Shown here one piece after another: positions 1-11,600 of a stretch of 37,602 bases of DNA. A program made the position numbers and the translations under genes. Source of the DNA: Octopus bimaculoides (Eukaryota); NCBI RefSeq assembly GCF_001194135.2, contig NC_068994.1, positions 14,318,093 through 14,355,694 on the forward strand, written 5' to 3'. Each line of letters opens with the position of its first letter. The first letter of the stretch is position 1. The notes beneath the pieces were generated by a model. The model was not told the origin of the DNA. It searched no databases and saw only the letters and a list, made by a program, of their open reading frames with translations.

Positions 1-38
1 AGACGGAAACTGAAAGAAGCCCGTCGTATATTTATTTA

Positions 39-79
<41 letters not shown>

Positions 80-292
80 GTATATGTTTGTGCGTGTGTG
101 TGTCCCAACATCACTTGACAACCGATGCTGGTGTGTTTATGTCCCCGTAACTCAACGGTTCGGCAAAAGAGACCAATAGAATAAGTACTAGGCTTACAAA
201 GAATAAGTCCTGGGGTCGATTTGCTCGAATAAAGGCGGTGCTCTAGCATGACCGCAGTCAAAATGACTGAAACAAGTAAAAGAGTAAAGAGT
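1..292 (+). mobile_element. Interspersed SINE-like repeat family A (3' part, internal AT/GT microsatellite)
   Basis: Shares gacggaaactgaaagaa...gacaaccgatgctggtgtgttt...aaatgactgaaacaagtaaaaga with the copies at 27513-27894 and 3493-3822. Confidence 0.85.
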
Positions 293-319
293 ATATATAT
301 ATTTATATAACTGCTATAA

Positions 320-530
320 AAGTAAAGGTGACGCTTTAGATACTAATTACAGAGGTATCAAGTTGTTATATCAGGTAATGAAAGTCACAGAGAGGTCATA
401 GCCCAACTAATTAGGGAGTGAGTCAGTTTAGATGAGATGCAGTTTGGGTTTGTGCCAGGGAAAAGCACCACTGATACTATATTTCTGGTAAGACAGCTTC
501 AGGAGAAATATCTAGCCAAGGATAAACCTC
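320..530 (+). mobile_element. RTE-type LINE reverse transcriptase fragment
   Basis: Reads KGDALD..YRGIKLL.QVMKVTERVIAQLIRE*VSLDEMQFGFVPGKSTTDTIFLVRQLQEKYLAK, typical of non-LTR RT, with a stop codon. Confidence 0.85.
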
Positions 531-902
531 ATCCCCCACCTATATATCATAGTCCTCCAGACGGTAACAGAGGAATTCAAGACAGGATGCCCTTGGAAGC
601 TCCTCTAATACCCTCAAAAACAGAAATTTTCCAGCATCACCTCATATGGAAGCTAAATAAACATTCATTAGCCTCCAACTTGCTATATAGACACTGTAAT
701 TAAATCACAGTGCTCTCTCTACAAGATGAATTGGAGCACAGCTCAACAAGTTCTTGTTGACTTATTGGGAATCTCTAGATTACAACAAACAGCTTATTGC
801 ATATTTATGAAGAAAGTCACAAGTAACAGATGTTGATTTTACTAATTTGCATATCAGTACATTTCAGTGGCAGTGTTTATTAATTAGCCTCCACAGTAAA
901 GT

Positions 903-1272
903 GTGGAGGTGCAATGGCCCAGTTGTTAGGGCAGCGGACTTGCGGTCTTAGGATCGCAGTTTCGATTCCCAGACCTGGCGTTGTGAGTGTTTATTGAGCA
1001 AAAACACCTAAAGCTCCATGAGGCTCTGGCAGGGGGTGGTGGTGAACCCTGCTGTACTCTTTCACCACAACTTTCTCTCACTCTTACTTCCTGTTTCTGT
1101 TGTGCCTGTAATTCAAACGGTCAGCCTTGTCACACTCTGTGTCACGCTGAATCTCTCCAAGAACTACATTAAGGGTACACATGTCTGTGGAGTGCTCAGC
1201 ACATTAATTTCACAAGCAGGCTGTTTCGTTGATCAGATCAACTGGAACATTTGTCGTAACTGACAGAGTGCG
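903..1272 (+). mobile_element. tRNA-headed SINE family E
   Basis: gtggaggtgcaatggcccag...gtttcgattccc head (box A/B-like) and a body shared with three other copies. Confidence 0.88.
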
Positions 1273-2002
1273 ACCACCACAGTAAAGTACTGAGACAGCA
1301 GTGTGTGAATAAATTGTGAAATAGCAGCTAAACCTACCTCAAATCATGAGACAGCAGTGTATGGATAAATTGTGAAATAACTAATTCTACCTCAAATTAT
1401 ATACTACACTCTAAAAAAAAAAATATATATAGTTTCTAAAAATACAATGAAATGGACTGAAATGCTTTTCCTCAGACTGGGAACCATTGATAGAACAGCC
1501 ACTCTGACTCACATTTGTGGACAACCATCTCCACCCGAATAGCAGTGAGTAGGGATATGGTCTGGGGAGGGCCAAATGCAATTTATCACTAATAGTTGAT
1601 GGAATGAAACAACAGATCAAAGTAGCAGTTGCAGGAATTAACAATTAGGCATGGCTGTGTGGTTAAGAAGCTTGTTTTGCAACCATGTGCCCCACAACAA
1701 AACCTCTGGGGCGTCTTCTACTACAGGGTAGGTGTGAGAGACTGGATCTGGCCAGTTTGAACATAAAACAGAATATTTGGGCTGGATATGGCCAGTTTAA
1801 ATGCTAAAGGGTTAAAACTAGTGCTTTTAGACTAATCATGACCAAAACACACACACACATACAGGTGTGAAGTTTGCCTATAATGTGAGTTTCAACCTTT
1901 TTTATAATTTTCATGAATAGTTGTTCTTACAGTGAAACATTTACACCATTTTCAAGTATTAATTCAAATTCTGCAGATTGTGAACTAGCTGTGATCTATC
2001 GA

Positions 2003-2450
2003 TCATTTCAGGTGGGTTGCCCACACCAATTCTCCTCTTTCGCGCCAAGCGTTCCTGTCATCCACAACATTTTTGAATTCTATTTGTAACTCAACATCAT
2101 AAGAAAGTCCATCAATATATGTCATTTTCGGTCTTCCAGCACGAGAATTCCCTTGGCTCATGACCCACAAAAGAAACTCATTCACGATTTAACCTTTGCT
2201 TTAATAGCAGTGATCAGCATATTTTGTCATACAGTCTTGAATTATTGATATGTTGGGGATATTTCTATAAAGCTCTGCCTTTTTTGGATGCTGTTTCCAT
2301 TAGATGAGGACAACATGCAACATGCTTGTGTAGGTCCCATCAATGTTTCTTTTGTCAGAATCCAGACTAATGAACCATAAAGAAGAATGGATTCTACTAT
2401 GGCTCTGAAGAACTTGCTTTTCATTTGGTCAGGCAGTGTCATCATCTTCC
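2003..2450 (-). mobile_element. Degenerate non-LTR (RTE-like) LINE 3' ORF fragment
   Basis: KSKFFRAIVESILLYGSLVW and LLW...G...GRPKMTYID.L..D.......VDDRNAWRE are typical LINE RT C-terminal motifs. Confidence 0.75.
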
Positions 2451-3492
2451 TCATTTAACATCCGTTCTCTGTGCTGGCATGGTTTCTACAGCTGGATGTT
2501 CTTCCTAATGCCAACCACTTTACAGTGTGCTGGTTGCTTTATATGTGGCACCAGCACAAGTAGACTTCCAAATTATTTTTTCAGAGCATGCCATGCTTTT
2601 ACAATGCAGATGGATAAATCTCACCTCATCAATTAGCAGAAATAAAAGCCATAAAAAAGGACTTTGACATAACGTACTTGCTTTCAGGTTAAAGTAAATA
2701 TGACTCACACACACACACAAACATTTTAATAATAATAATAATTAACTAAGCATAATGATATCATTCTTTTACCTTTAACTTATTTTCCATAATTCAAATA
2801 GTTCTGATAATTTGATTATCAATTCAATTAAATGTTACTCTGATAATTTTGATTTTTGTTCAACTGTTTTCAGTCAATTGTATTTCATTGAACTGTTCTC
2901 AATAAATTGGTACCAATTTTTTTTCCTTAGTAGATTGTTTAGTCAGGTTAACCTGGGGGGGGGGCCATACAACAACAGCAGTGACACAGGGCTTAAAATC
3001 TTTGATGTCAACATTCAGGTTTTCATTTATTATTATTTTATTGGAATTCCCTCCCAGCAAAGTAACCAGTGGTAAAACAGTCTTTGGCAGAATTTCAAAG
3101 ATTTTCTGAAAATTCCAAGAAATATAAAAAGTCAAGGTGTTATATGGGGTGCTCAAACCAGAATCCCGTCATCTGTCTACCTAGGCCAGTGGTTCTCAAC
3201 CGGTGTCCATATGGCCCCTGAGGGTCCATATAAGATTTTTGGGGATCCACAAGAAAATTGTAAATTCGGGATCCATGATAGTATTTTAAGGACCCCTGGA
3301 AACATTTTGCTTTAGATGCATGTGTAATATGTTTGAGTCAGCAGTTACTAATTGTAACGGTAGATGCATGAATTCATTTTGAGTTGTTATATGGATGATG
3401 ATGATGATGCGGATGTGAAAGAATGATAGCGGTCGAAGTTGATGTTGACTCCAAATTTTATTTACTGCTACTGAATATATAGCCACACACGA

Positions 3493-3822
3493 CTCTTTTA
3501 CTCATTTATTTGTTTCAGTCATTTGACTGCGGCCATGCTGGAGCACCGCCTTTAGTCGAGCAAATCGACCCCGGGACTTATTCTTTGGAAGCCTAGTACT
3601 TATTCTATCGGTCTCTTTTGCCGAACCGCTAATTTACGGGGACGTAAACACACCAGCATCGGTTGTCAAGCGACGTTGGGGGGACAAGCACAGACACACA
3701 AACATATACACACACACATACATATATACCACGGGCTTCTTTCAGTTTCCGTCTACCAAATCCACTCACAAGGCTTTGGTCGGCCCGAGGCTATAGTAGA
3801 AGACACTTGCCCAAGGTGCCAC
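3493..3822 (-). mobile_element. SINE-like repeat family A
   Basis: Reverse complement of the family A sequence, runs into a gap. Confidence 0.85.
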
Positions 3823-6800
3823 NNNNNNNNNNNNNNNNNNNNNNNNNNNNNNNNNNNNNNNNNNNNNNNNNNNNNNNNNNNNNNNNNNNNNNNNNNNNNN
3901 NNNNNNNNNNNNNNNNNNNNNNNNNNNNNNNNNNNNNNNNNNNNNNNNNNNNNNNNNNNNNNNNNNNNNNNNNNNNNNNNNNNNNNNNNNNNNNNNNNNN
4001 NNNNNNNNNNNNNNNNNNNNNNNNNNNNNNNNNNNNNNNNNNNNNNNNNNNNNNNNNNNNNNNNNNNNNNNNNNNNNNNNNNNNNNNNNNNNNNNNNNNN
4101 NNNNNNNNNNNNNNNNNNNNNNNNNNNNNNNNNNNNNNNNNNNNNNNNNNNNNNNNNNNNNNNNNNNNNNNNNNNNNNNNNNNNNNNNNNNNNNNNNNNN
4201 NNNNNNNNNNNNNNNNNNNNNNNNNNNNNNNNNNNNNNNNNNNNNNNNNNNNNNNNNNNNNNNNNNNNNNNNNNNNNNNNNNNNNNNNNNNNNNNNNNNN
4301 NNNNNNNNNNNNNNNNNNNNNNNNNNNNNNNNNNNNNNNNNNNNNNNNNNNNNNNNNNNNNNNNNNNNNNNNNNNNNNNNNNNNNNNNNNNNNNNNNNNN
4401 NNNNNNNNNNNNNNNNNNNNNNNNNNNNNNNNNNNNNNNNNNNNNNNNNNNNNNNNNNNNNNNNNNNNNNNNNNNNNNNNNNNNNNNNNNNNNNNNNNNN
4501 NNNNNNNNNNNNNNNNNNNNNNNNNNNNNNNNNNNNNNNNNNNNNNNNNNNNNNNNNNNNNNNNNNNNNNNNNNNNNNNNNNNNNNNNNNNNNNNNNNNN
4601 NNNNNNNNNNNNNNNNNNNNNNNNNNNNNNNNNNNNNNNNNNNNNNNNNNNNNNNNATGCATATATTGTTTATTATGTAGATTCCGAATATACTAAAATT
4701 TTCGGTGAAAGTGTTTTGGAATGGGGTGGGGGGCAATTTTCGGAAATTCCAACAGAGTCCACTTAAATTCCTCTTAACTTCCAGGAAAATATTTTTTCGT
4801 GAAATATTCTACAAATATACCTTGATGTATGTACATTTCGAGCATGTAGGAATTTTGATGGAAACAACTGCAGGTTATTTTTGAGAAGTGTTCCCACTCG
4901 GTGGTGTTTCGGAGCAAGTCGTCCATAATTGTTTCATTTTTCTCTATTATGTGCGTGAGGGCATCCATTTGTCGAACTGACGAAGTGAGGTGACGGTATA
5001 CTCAAGAGATGCCTCGGAGGTAGGAAGGGTCTACACACACACACAAAGCAATGCCACTGATTGAAATGTAAATTTGACATCAAAAATAAATACAAAAGAT
5101 CGAAGTAACTTAAGTCAAGAAGTAATTGAAAATATTCGGTGGACATTAGAATTAGACACTGAGGGAAAATGGCTGTAACTTTTTTATTTTTTTAGGCGCT
5201 TTTCGTTTTCGATAATGTGTTCTATATATCCCGGTCATGCGATTCCCCCTAAAAATAATTTTTTGCGATTTCGATCCCCCCCGGGGGGGGGGGATTTTTA
5301 TATTTGACATTGTGTTCTACATGTCCAGGTCGTACGAGTAGCCTTCTCGCAACTTAGATGTGAAAATGAACGTCTTCAATTTATATTGAAACAGATAAAG
5401 GATCACATGTGGATTCCCCACCACGAAACTTGATATGCTAGAAATAACAGCTAAACGCGGACAATCCAAATCTTGGACAAGTACAGGAGTAAATTTAGCA
5501 TCCAACAACTTTTTATCACTTTCGCTAATCACAAACGAATTGTGTATCTTTCTTTCTTCCACATATAGTACATTTTATTTCAATCACGTTTAAAATGTCT
5601 ATTTACGTTCTTGTAGCAGTGAATATACAAAGAACTAAGTTTATTGCATCTTTTCCATTTACTTTCTTTATTTTTTACTATCTGTTGTAAAATTTTATTT
5701 TCTGTTCAGTTCAATCACCAAGAATGATTTAACGTAGTCCTCTTCATAAGAAAAACTGATAATAAAAACTGTGTCGCTTAACTTTTTTTTTCTTTGGTAA
5801 TCAAAGCTCGGTAACATTTTGGTAATATTTTTTTTTTTGGTAACCAAAGCTCGGCAGTTTTTCGAACGTGTGTATAAAGTTAAAGAAGGTAACAAGAATT
5901 AAAAAAAAATTCATCGGGTCAAATAAAGGTTAAAGGTTACGAAGTGTGGCAGAGTTTCGAAATAAGCAACTAAACCTTTTTTTTAAATTTAGTCATTAAG
6001 TTTAAACATCGGAGATTACAATTCGTAAAATATGTAAATAAAATTCTAAAATTTAAATTTCACTCAGCCCCTCTCATTTTATGTTGCTTTGAAATATAAA
6101 ACAAATTGCAAACTTCATTATTCTCCTTTTCTTTTTACCCCCGAATGCTTTAACCATGAGAAAAAGAAAATTTAAGAATTCAATTCTTCATTACGAAACT
6201 CTGCCTTAAGAATTAAAATAAGAAAAAAAAGATCGTTGAACGTATGTAAAGAGAATGGAAAATGTTAAAATTACAAACTTACCCAAGTTATACATGTCTA
6301 TGTATTCCTGGAAATAATTGACAGACAAAATAAAGAAAAAATATCATTTTATTGTTTTGTTTTTTGGGGCTTTTAAATTTTTGTGAGTGTGGAACAGAAA
6401 AGAGTAGACAGAAAGAAGTTCAATATAAATGTACACAGCTTTATTTTAACCATTGCTGCTTTGTGTGTCTTTAATTAAAGTTGAAATAACATACATATGT
6501 ATGTATGTGTAGTATGTCTGTGTATGAAAGCTTATGCTTAATAATAGAAAACTAATCCTTATATGAGACATGCCTTTCGCAAAGGCATTAATTATGAAAG
6601 AAAACTTAAGAAATTAACAAAATACAGAAAAAAAGTTTGAGAAAGTTAGCTACTTGCTACTTAATGAATTGTCTTTCTTTCCAGAATCATCTGCTCGCCT
6701 CACTTATCCATTACAAGAAACTACATAAACAAACTGAAAGTCTGAATATACTATTTCCTCATCTAGTTTAGATGAAAAATGTAAATATATTGCTGTCGCC

Positions 6801-6895
6801 TGAGCCAGTGTTACTAAATTAACTGGGAGATAGGGAATATTGCAGTAATAATTTCCTAAACAGAAAATAAATTCCATGGGATTTCTTTTGTTGTA

Positions 6896-8383
6896 TTATT
6901 GGAACTTGGTCATAATGTGGTCCTTATTCGTCATAACAAGCAAAACAGCACTAAACAGCACCAATCCAAGTAGAGAGAACGGCAGCCAAGACTTACTTTT
7001 AACAGATTTTTTTGATAGTCTTCTCAGCCAGGCCATGTTTTTCTCAGTATACGGAGGATAACGGAGGTCATTGATGGATTCTAAGGCTTGAGATTTCCAC
7101 ATGATTGATTTCATGTGAGAGAACGTATCGAATGAGAATTTGCCGTGGTAGGCGCCCATACCACTTTTACCCACCCCACCAAAAGGTAGGGTCTCCAAGG
7201 CTATATGCATCAAGGTATCGTTAACACAAACGCCACCACTCGAAGTTTCCGAAAGGAATTTGTTCACCACTTTGCTATCATTAGAAAATATATAGAGAGC
7301 AAGTGGTTTGGGCCTGCTGTTTATATAATCGATAGCTGCTTGAACGTTTTCCATGGGTAGAATGGGTAAAATGGGACCGAATATTTCGCTCTCCATGACC
7401 TGGTCAGTGGGTTTTATGTCCGTCAAAACTGTTGGTGCTATGAATTTATCTGCTTCGTTCATATCACCCCCAAAGGCAGGTTTTTGGCCCTCAAGTAGCT
7501 TTTTTAAACGAAGAAAGTGTTGGTTGTTAATAATGCGACAGTAATGCTCTGATTTAGAAACATCGGTGCCAAAAAACTTCGTTACACTATTTTTCAGTGC
7601 TTCCACAAGGCTTTGCTGCAAATCGGGAGAACATATAACGAAGTCAGGAGCAATACAGGTTTGTCCAGAATTCGCACATTTGCCCCACATGATTCGATTG
7701 GCAACAGTAGGTATGTCACAGGTTTTATCAACATAAACAGGGCTCTTACCACCTAATTCCAGAGTGACAGGGGTCAAATGTGTGGCGGCAGCACTCATGA
7801 TGATCTTACCGACTGATGTGCTACCTGTATAGAAAATGTAATCAAAACATTCTTTGAGTAACTCCGTTGTTTCTGGGATACCGCCCATCATCACTTTTAT
7901 GCAACGATCGTCCAAATAATTAGGTATCAACTTACTCAGCAGGTTCGACGTACACTCTGATATTTCTGAGGGTTTGAGGAGGACACAATTTCCAGCTGAG
8001 ATGGCCCCTATCACTGGCGTTATAGCGATGTACAAAGGATAGTTCCAGGCGCCCAAAACGAGAGCTACCCCGTACGGTTCAGGTTTTATCATGCAAGTAT
8101 CCAAACTGTTAATTAAAGTTTTCTTGACATGGGTCGGTTTCATCCATTCAGATAGGTTATTCAGGTGGTAGACGATTTCGTTTCTGGTGGTATCCACTTC
8201 CATCAACCGGCTCTCGAACTCTGACTTATTCAAATCATCTTTTAGGGCAGCTGTTATATCAGAGTAGTTTTCATCAATCAGTTTCAGCAAAGCTAGTAGT
8301 TGACTGCGACGCCATTCATACGGTTTAGTTATTCCTTGTTGGAATGATTTCCGTAAACCTGCAACAACTGGAGCAGCTGACAT
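6896..8383 (-). CDS. ALDH3: Aldehyde dehydrogenase family 3 (fatty-aldehyde dehydrogenase-like), single coding exon, 495 aa
   Basis: Uninterrupted ORF with ALDH motifs GAWNYP, LKPSE, YTGST, ELGGKSP (catalytic Glu), GQTCIAPD (catalytic Cys), EIFGP and PFGGVGKSGMGAYHG. The C-terminal hydrophobic segment WLPFSLLGLVLFSAVLLVM resembles the ALDH3A2 membrane anchor. A at -3 of the ATG. Confidence 0.96.
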   Translation of the reverse strand: MSAAPVVAGLRKSFQQGITKPYEWRRSQLLALLKLIDENYSDITAALKDDLNKSEFESRLMEVDTTRNEIVYHLNNLSEWMKPTHVKKTLINSLDTCMIKPEPYGVALVLGAWNYPLYIAITPVIGAISAGNCVLLKPSEISECTSNLLSKLIPNYLDDRCIKVMMGGIPETTELLKECFDYIFYTGSTSVGKIIMSAAATHLTPVTLELGGKSPVYVDKTCDIPTVANRIMWGKCANSGQTCIAPDFVICSPDLQQSLVEALKNSVTKFFGTDVSKSEHYCRIINNQHFLRLKKLLEGQKPAFGGDMNEADKFIAPTVLTDIKPTDQVMESEIFGPILPILPMENVQAAIDYINSRPKPLALYIFSNDSKVVNKFLSETSSGGVCVNDTLMHIALETLPFGGVGKSGMGAYHGKFSFDTFSHMKSIMWKSQALESINDLRYPPYTEKNMAWLRRLSKKSVKSKSWLPFSLLGLVLFSAVLLVMTNKDHIMTKFQ

Positions 8384-8631
8384 GTTGCCGAAGGTGTGAC
8401 TTATTACCTCAAGAGAACACTGAACAGAACGGAGTGTTCAGAGTGGATGTTTGTTATATATCTGTGACGATGTCGCCCCCCCCCCCCCCNNNNNNNNNNN
8501 NNNNCCCACCTACACAGATGTCAATTACCGGTTGCTAACGCGCGTGTACCGTGTTTACTTCCGTTTCGCTATCATCCATCATGTGCAATTGACTCGTTGG
8601 TATTACTTGTGCTGAAAGATCATCCACCACG
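8384..8631. promoter_or_regulatory. Putative bidirectional promoter / 5' UTR region between ALDH3 and DUSP11
   Basis: 248 bp between divergent ATGs, relatively CpG-rich, poly-C tract 8476-8489 running into a short gap, ETS-type ACTTCCG at 8557-8563. Confidence 0.6.
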
Positions 8632-8651
8632 ATGCCTCGTGTACCAGATAG
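8632..8651 (+). CDS. DUSP11: DUSP11-like exon 1 (MPRVPD-R)
   Basis: ccaccacgATG start, donor AG|GTAAGG. The phase 2 end joins A-TGG of the next exon to give the family PxRW motif. Confidence 0.8.
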
Positions 8652-11600
8652 GTAAGGTCGATGTATTACCGTTGATTATTAGATATAGATACTTATGGAC
8701 AAATTGAAAAGGACTTTCTCTATATAATACCTAAACTATTGAAAGGATAGACAGTAGAGAGAGAACGCATTCTTCCGTATGATAAGTGGATCTTGAAAAG
8801 TTGTTCGTAACCGTTCATTTGGTATATCAGTTCCTTCATCTAGTTTTTTTACTTCGTAAACAGAACCTATCCTTACTGTTAGTCGCTTTAGTTGATTGTT
8901 CTGCAATGGAATTATTGATATTGTTTATTTTATTTTCAGAAAGTTATCTTCAACTTAGGCGATTTCGAAATAATTTCGTAAGAAATTTGCTTGGTCAGTT
9001 AATGTAGCTTTATTAAAAATCCTATTAGTTATCAGTGTCTTCTGTATGACAGATTCATAGATAGGGCTGAAAGAAACGACTATGCCTTTCCTAAGAACGT
9101 TAACAAGATTATAAGAAATCACTGTTGTGCTGCTACTAGAAATCGAAACCTGCTCTCAATATATGACGATTCCTTAGCGCAGCCCGTGTCAAACTCACCT
9201 TGTGAATTCACAATTGAAAAGGTTAAATTAAATACAGTAAGGCTTTACCATTTAAATTACACCCGTATACACATACAGTCATGTATTGAGTAACTTTATT
9301 ATCTTTTGCCACTACTATAAACCGGCAAATGAAAGTAACTGAAAACTTTTATCCAGATTTCTAAACCTCTTTTCAGATGGGAAATTTATTCAAAATTTGG
9401 TAAAATTATTAAAGGTACTCGGTTCCTTCCCTGTAAGACACCCTTGAGGCCTGTGAGTATATATTTTATGCTTTCCTTCTTTTTTATTCTTTTTTTTTTT
9501 TAAACTATTTTGGTATTCTATCGATTTGTGATCACATACTGAAAGTAAAAGTATTGACGCTATTCGGCTTTGTCCGAGCTCTCGTGTCGAGTAGGAAACA
9601 TTCCACTTTTTTTTTTTTTTATCATAAAAGTTAATTGTTTTCTCTAGATTCATATGTTTGAATGTATTTATGGTGAGTAAATAATGATAAATTGCAACTA
9701 TGACCGTATCTCNNNNNNNNNNAAAGAAAACGTTTCTCAAATTCTCTTCCACTCTCAATTTTTTGTTTAACATTTTTTTCAAAAATGTTTTAGGACGATT
9801 CCACGTTTAATAACAGAAATTACGATTCAAAAAACGAAAAAGAAAACTTTTACAAAATTCCAATGATGATAGTTTACAATGATTCAATTTGTTAGCATAA
9901 ACCGAAAGACTACTCCCGCTTTTTTTTTTTTTTATCATAAAAGTTAATTGTTTTCTCTAGATTCATATGTTTGAATGTATTTATGGTGAGTAAATAATGA
10001 TAAATTGCAACTATGACCGTATCTCTGTTGCTGTTTAACTCCAAGTTACTAGTCACCGAATGGACATTGTCAAAAACATGCAAGGCAGTCTACTGTTGTA
10101 ACAAACATAAAAGTAAGTAAATTGTCCTCAAAAGTGAAAGTAAATTGTGACAAAAATTCGAAGTGATAACTGACATACTAAAATTTCATAAAATGAATGT
10201 AAAGGACTCCCCCATTATGGCATGTCCACAGGTATCAACATGTATTGTGTATTCTAGTGATGTGTTAAGTATTCCAGAAATAGCAGCTGAGGTACACCGT
10301 TCCAATGTACTATATTCTGCAATGAACACCACTGTGAAAATAATTTGGTGGCTTGCATGTCAATGCATGTTTGCCAACAGTGAGCAGTAAAATAATTCTG
10401 CACGATTAATGAGCTGTTAAGAAAGAACCAACAAGAAGCAGTGGTATTGCAGACTTACTTGGACTCTATGAGGCAGTTTCTTTTTGGGGAAGACCCATTT
10501 TACTCTATCGTATAATAATTCTGCTTGTCATTCCGTTACTTAGCCCATCAGTAACGTTTTCATGCAATTAGAGAATAAGAGGGTGTGAAGCATCCATGAT
10601 GTGAGGTAGAAGGAATGTAAATGCAATGCCCTCACGTGATTAGTTGAAGGGAAAGAGAGAAAAAGAGGAGAGAGAAGCATCTATGATGTGAGGTAGGGGG
10701 AACGTAATATTGTGTTGTTAAAAAAAGTTAGTTGAAGGTAGTAATGAGAGTTGATATAATTTTAGCAGGGGGTGATGTCTTGATGGGGAGGTTAAAGAAA
10801 TAGAGACAGTGAGAGAAAGATGATGGTGGTGACGGTGGCAGTGGTGATTGGATAGTGAAAAGTATATTTTTTATTTAATTGAACTAAGATTTTTATATCA
10901 CCTATCACTTAATACATGCGCATAAGTGCAGTTTTGTGAAATATTCACGCTTATTTACATGGCAGATGTATGCAATTTAACTAAATGTTGTCATGTACGG
11001 GATATTTGTTTTTGTTTATAGGAAAAATGGAAAAATAAGAGTGAATATTTATTTTATGAGTGCTGTGTAGTCTATAAATTGTGCATAAAGTATATAAAGT
11101 GCGTTAAGTAATCATCGTATTCCAATTTCTTTCACTTCTCAATGAGTAGCAGATGAGTGGCTATCTTTCCATACAGACACAACACAGGCTACGCTTTCAG
11201 GTTTTTTGAATGAAGCTTTCAGAAATAACCCAATAGATTTACTATCAATTCCGTGAGATATTCCTGGGTCCTGCTAATCAATAATAATTCAACTACTATA
11301 AATGTGGGTAAGAGACTTGTCACTTCCTGTTTCTATTGCAATTTACTTTCACATTTTAACTCCAGTAAACTGCATATTACCCATTCTTACTTTTTATGAC
11401 AATAAGGTATAATTTCAGGGATATTTGACTACTTCGTCTCAATCACTCCTTGCTCTCTCATCTCTTCTTATCTCCTCATCGTGACTCCAACCCTCTCCGG
11501 CTTCACACGTGTCACTATGTTCAGTCATCTCTTCCTGCATTTGTTTATACTGATATCAATATCACAAGAGTGGAGGCGCAATGGCCCAGTGGTTAGGGCA

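Noticed and set aside
3663-4766. Long ORFs in the track that span N runs (also near 19.8-20.8, 23.7-24.3, 28.4-29.1, 33.4-34.0 and 36.7-37.2 kb)
   Set aside because: Artefacts of gaps translated as X. Only the mariner portion is real.
4774-5562. Short minus-strand ORFs downstream of ALDH3, and a C7/G11 run at 5276-5293
   Set aside because: No recognisable motif or splice chain. Possibly a decayed transposon, but unsupported.
6896-8383. Possible identity with cephalopod omega-crystallin
   Set aside because: Omega-crystallin belongs to the ALDH1/2 class, whereas this protein has ALDH3 motifs and a membrane anchor.
8940-8976. AG...GT-flanked candidate exon in DUSP11 intron 1
   Set aside because: It gives a stop in the required phase, and exons 1 and 2 already join to form the conserved PDRW motif.
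9621-10025. Exact 92-bp direct repeat (9621-9712 and 9934-10025)
   Set aside because: The first copy ends exactly at a short N gap, so this is most likely a scaffolding artefact.
10163-10520. Weak resemblance to an LTR-retrotransposon RT/RNase H linker (KDSPIMACP, FLFGEDPF)
   Set aside because: Too degenerate to support without a profile search.
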